Of a stretch of 64,000 nt of DNA, positions 34,656-44,831 are shown piece after piece (within the stretch, counting starts at the first letter, position 1; every line of letters starts with the position of its first letter). Source of the DNA: Schizochytrium sp. TIO01. Taxonomy: Eukaryota; Protista; Bigyra: Labyrinthulomycetes. The notes below the pieces were generated by a model. It did not search any database and was not told the DNA's origin. It was given only the letters and a program-made list of their open reading frames with translations. The position numbers and the translations under genes were made by a program. Location: assembly GCA_004764695.1 (NCBI GenBank), contig SMSO01000037.1:4192747-4256746 (forward strand), in the 5' to 3' direction.

Positions 34656-36368
34656 ATGATGGATGATGAGGACTTCTTCAATGACGTTGGTAATAGTGAG
34701 ATGAACATGAGTATGCATGTTACCCTCCTTCGAATTGGCCAGAAACCAGAACCTAAATACGGAGTGGCACTTTACATTGACCCAGAGGTAAAATTGCAAA
34801 CCTTTCTGAAAAAAGCTGCTGATAGACTCGGCGTGAATGAGGCCATACAAGTTCTCAATGTTGATGGCGATGTTGTGGACGATTTTGTACTGGTAAACAA
34901 TAAAGAAGTGCTATATATTGTCACAGATGAAGACGACCCCCGATCAGCAAACCCAGAAACGGCGAGACAGGATGAGGCTGTGGATGTAATGTCTGAGTCT
35001 GGTTCAAGTGTTACTTGGGGAGGTGAGCGCGTCGGAAGCTATATTCTCGGAAAATTTCTTGGGAGTGGTTCCTTTGGTAAAGTTCATATTGGTACTCATG
35101 TGATGACAAACGAACAGGTAGCTCTCAAATTCTTAAGCAAAAATCAAATGGGCAGCACCCAAGATGCTGAGAGAGTTTTTACAGAGATCCAATGTTTGAA
35201 TTCTTTAGATCACCCAAATGTTATAAAACTTCTTCAGGTGATTCAGACGGCTGATGATATGGTGCTGGCATTAGAGTTTGCTAGCGGTGGGGATCTTAAA
35301 GAGGTTGTTGAACAGGGTGCTCTTGAAGAGGATCTCGCTTCACGTATATTTGTTCAGATCCTGGAGGGTGTGACGTATTGCCACCGCCACCATATCATTC
35401 ATTATGATCTCAAACTTGAGAATATTCTTCTCGCTGAAGTGCCAGATCACCTCTTGGAGCAGTCAGGGAAGAGTGAGAGAGCTATCGTAGACGATAAAAG
35501 ACAATCCCTATCTGGGTCGCTTAGCCCAGAAGAAAACGAACAGTTGGCACGGCGTAGACGGCTTCTGGGGCTGCAAGTTAAAATCACCGACTTTGGATTG
35601 TCGCAGCTATGTAACCCCGGTCAGACATCTGACTATACTGCTGGCAGTCTAGCATATATTGCACCGGAGGTGTTTGAGACAAGCGAGACCGCCGGTCCGC
35701 CTCGCGATGTATGGTCGCTGGGGGTGATTTTGTTCACAATGGTATGCGGGCGACTACCTTTTTCTGGGTCCAGCTTTCATGAGGTCTCTGAGAAGATTCG
35801 CCGGGGTAGCTACTCATGGGAGAACACTGAAACAACAGTATCTGAATCCTTTAAGCAACTCATTGCCGGGATGCTCAACACAAACCCGAATGAGCGTATG
35901 AATGTTTCTGAAGTTCGCCTCATGTCATGGATTGACCGAGGCCTTCCGCACACCCGTGGCGAGGGTCCACAGCCTCACAAAGAACCCGAGCCAGGAGGTT
36001 CTCAAACAGCAAGGTCACCTTCTCTTGAGAAACAAGCTCAGAGTGCAGCACCCGCAGCCGCAGAAACCATAAATTTAAGTATTTCCTCTCAGACAATACA
36101 AGGTGCCGCTCGGCCGGCATCCTCTAGCTCTTCACCCAAGGAACCACGAGGGGGTCATTCCAATCACGGCGTTCACCAATCCCATCGCCGGCTTCTCCCA
36201 AACCAAAGCCCCAAAGGTACTTCAGATCAGTCACGACCAAAATCAAGCCATTCGAGTAGTTCAGGAAGTGGAAAGCGCTTGCATACTGTTCAAATTTTAG
36301 AACGGAGGCCCTCTACAAGCGGAAGCTCTCGAAGCAAAACTGCAACGAGTCTTCCCCCAATTACGTAA
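34656..36368 (+). CDS. CAMK-group (MARK/SNF1-like) Ser/Thr kinase with an N-terminal KHA/DCX-like ubiquitin-fold domain
   Basis: LGSGSFGKV, VALK, HYDLKLEN, DFG, APE and DVWSLG motifs; N-terminal ~70-aa segment ending DGDVVDDFVLVNNKEVLYIV. Confidence 0.9.
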   Translation: MMDDEDFFNDVGNSEMNMSMHVTLLRIGQKPEPKYGVALYIDPEVKLQTFLKKAADRLGVNEAIQVLNVDGDVVDDFVLVNNKEVLYIVTDEDDPRSANPETARQDEAVDVMSESGSSVTWGGERVGSYILGKFLGSGSFGKVHIGTHVMTNEQVALKFLSKNQMGSTQDAERVFTEIQCLNSLDHPNVIKLLQVIQTADDMVLALEFASGGDLKEVVEQGALEEDLASRIFVQILEGVTYCHRHHIIHYDLKLENILLAEVPDHLLEQSGKSERAIVDDKRQSLSGSLSPEENEQLARRRRLLGLQVKITDFGLSQLCNPGQTSDYTAGSLAYIAPEVFETSETAGPPRDVWSLGVILFTMVCGRLPFSGSSFHEVSEKIRRGSYSWENTETTVSESFKQLIAGMLNTNPNERMNVSEVRLMSWIDRGLPHTRGEGPQPHKEPEPGGSQTARSPSLEKQAQSAAPAAAETINLSISSQTIQGAARPASSSSSPKEPRGGHSNHGVHQSHRRLLPNQSPKGTSDQSRPKSSHSSSSGSGKRLHTVQILERRPSTSGSSRSKTATSLPPIT

Positions 36369-36881
36369 CTTATCACTTCTGAGCGGTGTGACTCATTGCT
36401 CTGATAGAAATAGCTAATAAATCGTGTTTGTACTAACTGTCATATATATTCTGAAAGTATGTTCGTTTTACTTAAACAATTGAAAAGGCAGCTAATCACG
36501 AGTGTATATATCCAACGTCTCTATGCAGGATTACCGCGCTCTGTGCAACACTTGCTCTTTCCCTCAAACTAAGAAAGGTACCTTGCATTTACTATTGCAA
36601 CTACTTTCATATGCAAACGTGAATATAGTACAATTGGTGTTGGAAGCTGTGGGATACGCCCATATTGAACTTTCAGTTTGAGGTTGAGAGACAAGATTTG
36701 CACTAACGATTCTAAGATGCTATATTCATAGTAAGAAAGCTTAGTAAGATATGAGTTATGTAAAATTAGGGAGTAAAATTGAATACTCACGCACTGCAGT
36801 GCATAAGAGGTATCACAGATTAGAACATGCCAATAAAGTATTTAGTGGCATACATAGGTGGGAACACAGGTCTTAATATTC

Positions 36882-37544
36882 TTAAGCCTCACGTTGCTCA
36901 AGGAATTCAACCATGGCACGGAGGCGCTCGCCCTCCTTTCCAGACTCGAGCATGTCTTCGTCCTCAAGCTCCTCTTTCATAGCTTGCAGAGGAGTAAAGC
37001 CATCCTCATTCTCAATTGAAAGATCACCGTTGTGCTCAAGGAGCAGTTTCATGCACTCAAGGCTCGTGGTGCAGTAGTGCAGTGCGGTATCACCCTCATC
37101 GTCAGCCTTATTGACCTCAATCCCATCCTGCTCCAAAAGGAATTTAACAACCTCAACCCTGCCATAAGAGGCAGCAGCCATGAGTGGAGTGTATCCATTA
37201 TCATCGTTGATATTGACGTCGCATTTGCCAGACACAACCAGCGCACGAAGTGTAGCAAGATCTCCGGAAGTAGCAAGAAGAACAATATTGTCTCCACTGG
37301 TGGCAGCATCGTCAAGCGCGGCTTCGTCAAGATCCACATCGCTAGAGTTTGAAGCAGATTCTGCGCCGTCGTCGTCCTCATCTTCGTTCATTTCAACGCC
37401 GTCCATGCGTTTTGCAAGAGCAGCCAAATCGGATAGCGAGAGTTGCACCACCTCAGCATCGTCCTCTACAATCTCCACATTAGAGGCGGCCTGCATGGAC
37501 TCATCGGTGTTGTTGTTGTTGTTTTCTGGGGAAGAAGAAGACAT
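36882..37544 (-). CDS. Small acidic ankyrin-repeat protein
   Basis: GYTPLMAAASYG, GDTALHY and GFTPLQ ankyrin motifs. Confidence 0.9.
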   Translation of the reverse strand: MSSSSPENNNNNTDESMQAASNVEIVEDDAEVVQLSLSDLAALAKRMDGVEMNEDEDDDGAESASNSSDVDLDEAALDDAATSGDNIVLLATSGDLATLRALVVSGKCDVNINDDNGYTPLMAAASYGRVEVVKFLLEQDGIEVNKADDEGDTALHYCTTSLECMKLLLEHNGDLSIENEDGFTPLQAMKEELEDEDMLESGKEGERLRAMVEFLEQREA

Positions 37545-38566
37545 TGCCTTGGCGTTGGTGGTGTAGTTGAAGTCTAAATAGAGTTTGTCTACGTAGTCAA
37601 TCGTTGATCTCGATAAACTACGAACTTCGAAGTGACCTAATCAATCTACTAACTGTTAGCAGAGAGAAGACAATCACAAACAGAAGTTTGTTCTAGGTCA
37701 GTCAAACAAGAAGCACTCTATTATCGCTGCCCTCGGTTCTGCAGCGAAGAATCAATCGTCACTAGCGTGGGTATTTATTTGATGGATTGCTTGCTCTCAG
37801 GGCTCTTTTCATTCCCTTTCCTTTCTTTTTTTAAAAATAAAATAATTAATGTCACATAGGTAGAATATAAGGTCCTCCTCCTTCACTTTTATTGTCGCCT
37901 TTCAACTCTCTCCATGATCATTCATTCATTCTCTTTCTCACTCTTTTCTTCTATTCTTTGTGTTCCAGGTTGATTGGCCGCTCCGATTTTACCCAAAATA
38001 TCCTTTTTACTGTGGACATAAGAGGTAATTGCTCAACGGCTATTATTTTTTCAGACAAAAAAAAAAGGTTAACTTCGCAGGCAATAATTAGGTGTGGCTA
38101 TGAGGAATGCTATTTGGAGAACATCTTATGCACGTGTCTAGGGAGAAGATTCCAAGAAATCAACCTAATTAAATCAGCAATGCAATAGCACAAGCAAGAG
38201 CACAGAAAGAGATACGTGTATCTTATATGTTATGCCATGTTCTGCTGTTTTCGTCCTTTAAGTATTCAAAGGTAATTTCTTGCTCGTAAAATAACAAAAC
38301 TCAACGTAGTCTGCAGAAACTGCACAAGCATTAGTAGAAAGATCAAACGTTGTCTCAAATTTTTGATTGGATTGTGCCTTGCGACACTCGGGCAGAGAGT
38401 AGCAAAGAAATAAGGCGAGGGAAAGAGCTTTGTAAACAGACGTCCGACTTTCTGACCAGCTACAAGAGCACAAGCGATCACTCGCTTGTGTCTCACCCTA
38501 TTTCTGTACAATTGCAAGTAGCTACCTATATAAGAACTCTTGTGCATAATATTTGTCAGCAAGACA

Positions 38567-39781
38567 ATGTCTCGCAGTTCGAGCAAAAGCTCACTGAGGA
38601 AAGGTCAAGGCGTAAAAACCTCAGATAGATTAAGAGAGGAGAACATGCAGATGGAATACAACCTTCATAAGCTACGTAGTGCACTAGATCGTGAACGTGC
38701 AAAGGCTATGCCTGCATCAAACGGCCCAGGTCCAATTTGGCAGAGTGCCTCAGCACAAAAAGGCTCCCTACGAACCTATGCAAATGATGTTCGAGCATCA
38801 AGCTCCTCAAGTCGCCATGTATCGGAGAGAAAATCATCGTCCAGTCTTGACACTGCTGGATCGAGTTCGTCTCAAGCTTCGCCGACTGCGCGTAAAACGA
38901 AGAAAAGGGTCTTGCGTGGCAATGAATGCCTTTCATGGACTAAAGGTGATATTTTAGCTTGGTTGCAGAGCATTGGTCTCGGAAAACACAAATCAGTATT
39001 TTCTGAGAATGAGATTGATGGGTCTGTCTTGCTAGAAATTGGTGTAGATGACCTTGACTACATGGGTATTACAGCCCTTGCTCATCGAAAGACTTTGCTG
39101 AAAGAGGTTGCCCGTCTCAAGCGATGTGTCGACTCTGAGTCAGGCTCAAGACCCCAATCTCGGCAACTTCAGCCTTTACGTGATGGGTCCGCATGTGATA
39201 GTCCATCAACCGCTTATGCTTCTTGCGATGTAGTTGAGCAGAAGGCTCAACCAGGTGCGAGTACAGGAGGGTATCAGGGAGATATACTAGATGAGGAGGC
39301 TGAACACGAAGCTTTCAAACGGGCTGTGGAAGAATGGCGTAACGCAGGGAAAACGCAAAAGCAACGAAGCGCGCGAGAGTCTAAAGATGGCTTTACATCA
39401 GATGGCCCCATGGTACGCGAGGTAATTATTCAGAGTGCACGTGAATACAAGACCTCGGATGATGAAACCGATCGTTCAGAAAACTCCCGCTGGGGTGGTG
39501 AATTAGATGAAGAAGCTGAAAAGCGCGCATTTCAAGAAGCGGTGCGTCAATGGAGAAGTGCAGGGGATTCAAAAATTGATGTAATCGACTATTCATCACA
39601 TAAACAAGATACTCAATGTCAACGAGAGGAACGCACGAAGGCAATGCTTGAAGAGTACGAAGCAAACTTAAAGAAGAAAAGTACAGGCACAGATCAAAGG
39701 CTTGGCAAGCCGCAGATGAAAAAAAACACAAGTTTTGCAACTATTGACGTCTCTGGCTGGGACTTTGATGCCGCCTTTTAA
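38567..39781 (+). CDS. SAM-domain protein with ZBBX-like motifs
   Basis: SAM domain WTKGDILAWLQSIGLGKH...NEIDGSVLL...LDYMGITALAHRKTLL; two copies of LDEEAExxAFxxAVxxWR. Confidence 0.8.
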   Translation: MSRSSSKSSLRKGQGVKTSDRLREENMQMEYNLHKLRSALDRERAKAMPASNGPGPIWQSASAQKGSLRTYANDVRASSSSSRHVSERKSSSSLDTAGSSSSQASPTARKTKKRVLRGNECLSWTKGDILAWLQSIGLGKHKSVFSENEIDGSVLLEIGVDDLDYMGITALAHRKTLLKEVARLKRCVDSESGSRPQSRQLQPLRDGSACDSPSTAYASCDVVEQKAQPGASTGGYQGDILDEEAEHEAFKRAVEEWRNAGKTQKQRSARESKDGFTSDGPMVREVIIQSAREYKTSDDETDRSENSRWGGELDEEAEKRAFQEAVRQWRSAGDSKIDVIDYSSHKQDTQCQREERTKAMLEEYEANLKKKSTGTDQRLGKPQMKKNTSFATIDVSGWDFDAAF

Positions 39782-40902
39782 CGAGGATGTCTCTCCTCGT
39801 ATTGGCCCTTTTCTTTTTCATTGTAACATCTACTTGTTTAAAACTTTGTTGCAACGTTTCGTTATGATAGAGATTTGGTTATGTTTCACGAATTTCCTAT
39901 ATGACGTACCGAAACAATCATGGAAATGGTTGTATAACAAATTTAGCTTCTGCACAACTATTTCTCGTTTAGAGTTCATGAGAAGTTCAACAATATCAAC
40001 TTTGTTAAGCTGACGGGCTGGACAAAATCGTCAGAAATTAAACGGCCACTGGAAAAATTTCAACATTACCAAACTAAAATTCAAAGTGGTTGAAAAGTAC
40101 TGGTTTGTCATTTTTTGGCCCCTTCGCGCTCTCAGGTGCTCATTTTTAAAAGTGGGTTTCTCCATAGTATCTTTGAGTCTCGAGATGGAACTCTTAACGA
40201 AATAGCCCAAATATATCTGAATAGTTTAGAACACGGTTTTCAGTGTGCACCTGTTCCACCCTAAAGGTGAGCATGAAAAGAGTCATATTTCTTATTTTTA
40301 CTTAAGGTGGGACACTGCCTTAACATGCTTAATGAAGAATTTTTTAATTAAGATAATAAAAAAAGAAAAAGAAGAACAAGATTTTGCTAATTTATGAAGT
40401 CTTTCTTTGCTTGTTGTTCATTTGTTTTAAAGCGAAATTTTCTTAATTCGTCTGAGGCCTTAGTTTTTTTCCCTTATGCGGGTCTCAAACGGCAAACCTT
40501 GAAATCAAGGCTGGTGTTCCATATTTTCAGGAATTCATCGTTTAAAATAGTGTATCATCCACTGAAATATACGGTTTATATCCCACTAGGTATCACCTAA
40601 GATTATATAATATCGTGCCCCAAGTAAGCTCTTCTTAGGTACTGTACAGCTCAAATAAATGAAGGCCAATCAAGGCATATTCTCAAGAGAACCGGGTCAG
40701 GCAAAAGAAGAAAACTTAATCGATTTGAAGAAGCATGTCCCAAGGAAGGTCCGAGCAACCTTGTACACGAGTTGACCAAAATCTGCACATCCCGTTCGAA
40801 GTCCGAAATATAATTCCTCTAGACTGAAAACTTGAATCCATACGTGATCTCTCATATGTACTCTTCGAGTGATTGATAGGTTGTATTTGCATGTTATGAA
40901 GC

Positions 40903-41802
40903 TCAAGTTGCTAAGGCATCAATAATAGAGCAGCTTTCACCTCTGTAGCCTGTGAAGCAAGTACAGACTCCAGTATCGTAGTCACAAATTCCACGATTTG
41001 AGCAGTCAACATGACAAAGATTTCCCGAGGCTCCTCCATTAACAGTATCGTCAGTAATTTCCCCAGTGATGAAATCCTGCAATTTGTTTTCACAGTCTGT
41101 CTCGTCTTCATCAGTCATTGGGTCATTTCCACTTGGACACCTTCGCTTCTCGCAATATGTTCCGAAATACTCTGGAAGCTGTGTTTCATCATCAGCAAGT
41201 CCAACTGTCCAGCTGCTGTCGCAATAGCAGCCTGTAATCATATCTTCGTCCCAAGTTGTGGTCGTTGGGTATCCACCATACGATGTTGCCGATGTGAGGG
41301 GTTGGGCATCAGATTTAGTGGCCAGTTCTGCAAGAGTGAGGCATTGCCCGTGCCCATTGCAAGACACCGCATCGTCTTCAGTGCTCATTTTGCATGATCG
41401 ACGTTCGCATGCACTGCCATCATAGCCTTCAAAGCACGTGCACACGCCTGTGAGGCGATTGCAGTATCCCGCATCGGAGCACTCAACCTCCTGGTGAGCT
41501 TGAGTTGCACTGATTGGAATATCTGCCCACGATTTACCAAATGGACAAACACGTTCCGAGCAATCTGGAGCAGGGTGTGGAGGTTGGAGTTTTCGGGCGA
41601 GCTCGGTGACACTGCCGAATCCCTCGTAGCACGAGCAGGCTTTGGTTTGAGAAGTGCAGGTCCCGTGGCCGCTGCAAGTGACGAGAACGCCGTCCACCAT
41701 GGCTTGAAAAACGGAGCATTCGTACGAAGCTTCTGTGGCGTGCCATAGAACACTCCAGAGAAGTAGGGACGAAAGTCGAGACAATATCATTGTGCTGGCC
41801 AT
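40903..41802 (-). CDS. Secreted EGF-like repeat protein, Sig1/tubular-mastigoneme family-like
   Basis: Signal peptide; CSGHGTC, CPFGKSWAD...AHQEVECSDAGYCNRLTGVCTCFEGYDGSACER, CPSGNDP and CSNRGICDYDTGVCTCFTGY motifs. Confidence 0.8.
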   Translation of the reverse strand: MASTMILSRLSSLLLWSVLWHATEASYECSVFQAMVDGVLVTCSGHGTCTSQTKACSCYEGFGSVTELARKLQPPHPAPDCSERVCPFGKSWADIPISATQAHQEVECSDAGYCNRLTGVCTCFEGYDGSACERRSCKMSTEDDAVSCNGHGQCLTLAELATKSDAQPLTSATSYGGYPTTTTWDEDMITGCYCDSSWTVGLADDETQLPEYFGTYCEKRRCPSGNDPMTDEDETDCENKLQDFITGEITDDTVNGGASGNLCHVDCSNRGICDYDTGVCTCFTGYRGESCSIIDALAT

Positions 41803-44800
41803 TGTTCTGATGGTGGCGATCCCGAGGGTCTCGCGACGACTTCGAGAGGGCGAGTCCCAAAACGTGAAAAACGTTTGATTCTAACGGGTCTCCTCTTTGT
41901 AGGGCCTTAATAAGGGTCTCGCTAAGTTACGCTACGATTTTTACTTATTAGTACTATTAATAGTACAGCTTATTAGGTATCCTAGTAGTTTTTTTTCATC
42001 ATGAAGAAGCGAAGAGTATGTTCGGTCTCCAATCACAAAATTAATGAGCTTATCATGACAGTATTGGGTAGTATTTACTGCACCAAAACTTGGGGTGAAT
42101 GAGAAGCATCTCGATTACTCTATAGCCTGCTTCCGCACAAACAACGGCAATAATTAAAAAGTCAAGGCGAAGCCTCTGTAGTTGAGCTATTGATATTGTC
42201 GATGTTATTTACCTGACAGGCTTATTTGTTCAAGCCTAAATCTAAACTAACCAAGACGAGAGAAACAAAGAACACTTTTGTGATGCGGCACTCCTCCCAC
42301 CGGGGTACAGTCTATAGTTGACTGGCATCCAGACCTCCATATAAGGTAATCCAAATCTCAATTCACCAAAGAAACTTACGAAATGACTCTATGATAGTCT
42401 TATACCACTAGTAGCTCCTGCTATGTGGTTCTCTACTTCGCAAAATATAAAATAGATACAATAATCAATGGCGATAGAACTATCGCATTTGCACAATTAG
42501 CAGTCACGACAAAACATTGGCGTTAACTGAGAAGTAGAGGGACAATTACAGCAAATTGGGCGATGCGAAATCTAAATAAAAAGAGTCGTTCACTCTAAAT
42601 AAATTCCAATGACTCATCCTATGGCAAACTTGTAAGAGTGAGCTATAAAGCTCTAAGCTCTTTTATAGAGAAAAGGACTTAGCGTCTGCCACCAGCATTG
42701 CATCACCGTCAAGGCTTTACCGTTCTCATTATCCCCACCATACCTTGACCGAACACATTTACTTCTTTCTATTTATCAGCGGAAAATGTGGTCACCATGG
42801 TGTCTGTGCCACTGCTATCCACGACTACACGAACACAATTATGCTCATTATCATGCTCGGATACTTGATCTGTGTTTGCCAAACTTCGTTAAGTGCACTG
42901 TTGGACCCAGAAAGTGAAGACTTCAAGTTAGTTGTGTACTCCCTGTTATCTCAAATGGCAATGCACGAAAGCTGCTCGTGCAAAGCACCTCCACGCGCGC
43001 GCACGAGCAGACTTGGTTTATGGAACTTCACTTCGTTAGCCCTGATCATTCGCAGATTGTCACGATCGGAAGCTTCTTGCGTCACCAAAACGGTGCGAAG
43101 AGTTCTATGCAATTGTGGGCATGAAATGAAGCACGTCAAGGCCACAAACATAAATGAGAACATTGAGTTGCTCTACATTAACATATTCAACAAGACGGAA
43201 TCAAACAGCTCACTCGAAAGGCACACAGGCGTACTTGCTTGATTGCTTGATTGCTTATCAGCAGTGTGCTGCGCATATCATATAGGAAAGACCATGCATT
43301 GCTTGCGAGCTGCAGTTGCTCTTCGGCCTTTGATTGTGCCTGTTTCGTTTTGTTGCCGCGCAAAAACTTACTGCGTGTAGTACCTGGGTATAGTGCTCTT
43401 CGGGTCGTGTGCAAACTGCAGGTGCTCAGGTTTTGGCTCGCTCACATTCTACCAATTTGGTACATCTCGTCTACGGTCAAATGACAGGCAGCTAAGAGTC
43501 TTGCACTCCGGCGGCATTAGGACGTAGGAAGATACCTAAATTTCACGATGACAGAGCACGATGATAATTATCGAATTCTGAAGGCAAATTGAATTATGAG
43601 TGTAGACAGAACGAGGGGTTAAAATAAGGATTCTCAGCTCTTCAGTATGAGAGAACCATGGTTATCTTAAAAAACAGAAAAAACCATTATTAGTATTGAT
43701 GATGTTTATTTTTTAATCAGGAGCCTATAAATCATCATAATGTTGTTTCTACATGTTGTTTTAACATATTTTATAACTAAAAGACGAAACACCATCTTAT
43801 AATAATAATCATCATAATAGTAATAAATGGGTACATAGAGCTAGAGTAAATGTTTAACTAAACATCTAACTAAATAACGAAATAAAGTGAAATGAAAGTT
43901 GCGCCTTCTTCTTTACTACTCTGCATAGGTACTATATAAGCTATTCTTATTGGTTTTGTTATTAATTTTAAAAATAAAAAATACTTTAACTCATAGAAAG
44001 CCTCACTTATTAGGAGTATGGTATAAGATTGAGGTAGCATTCGAAGCGTTCTTGCTTCCTTCTGCTTTCTCTCGTGCTTTCTTTGGCCATCTTTCCAAGT
44101 TGGATGTTTGGAATAAGGTAGTTTGCTCTGTTGTTTATATCAATAGATAGCATAGTAGTAACTACTCTAGGCAGGATAGGTAGGCCTTTAGGAATAAAAA
44201 CAGTCAGAGAAAAGACAAGAGAGACAGACAAACAGACCCATTTGATCGACAGATCAACCCGCTCCTCTTTCCTAGACTTCGCCTCCTCAAAGCCTCTGCA
44301 CTGCTCTGTGCTAGGCGAGTGGGCGTTTCTCTTGCTTAAGATTCACTCCTCTTCACCGTAGCACGTATCGCAACAGGTTCTACAGGCTCGCTCGCGTCGG
44401 CATTTGGGCACCGTTGTGGCGCTCGGGTTATCTATCTTACTCGTCGTCTTCTTCATCTTCATTCCCTTTGCCGGTCTAAGTTGTCACTCCCCTCGTTCTG
44501 AGATTTGTTTTCACTACTCCTGAGCTGCTTCTCTACAGCTCGGCGCCCTTGTCGTAGATTTGCTCTATAGTAGTAGCAAGGCTGGCTTGTTGCAAACCTT
44601 GTCCCGCTGGAGTTGCGATAAATACATCAGTAGATCTTTAGATAATACAAGTAGAAAACCTCAATATATACTCTACATTGTATATTTGGGTCGAACAGCC
44701 ACCAAGAAGACAAGCTGTACCCTGAGCTTATACATACCAGCGTGACAAAGGACTCTTGTGGCAAGTTCAGTAGAATCATAGAGTCAAGTGGAACCTAAAG

Positions 44801-44831
44801 TTTAGGCCAGTTATTAAAGCAAGAGGAATCC

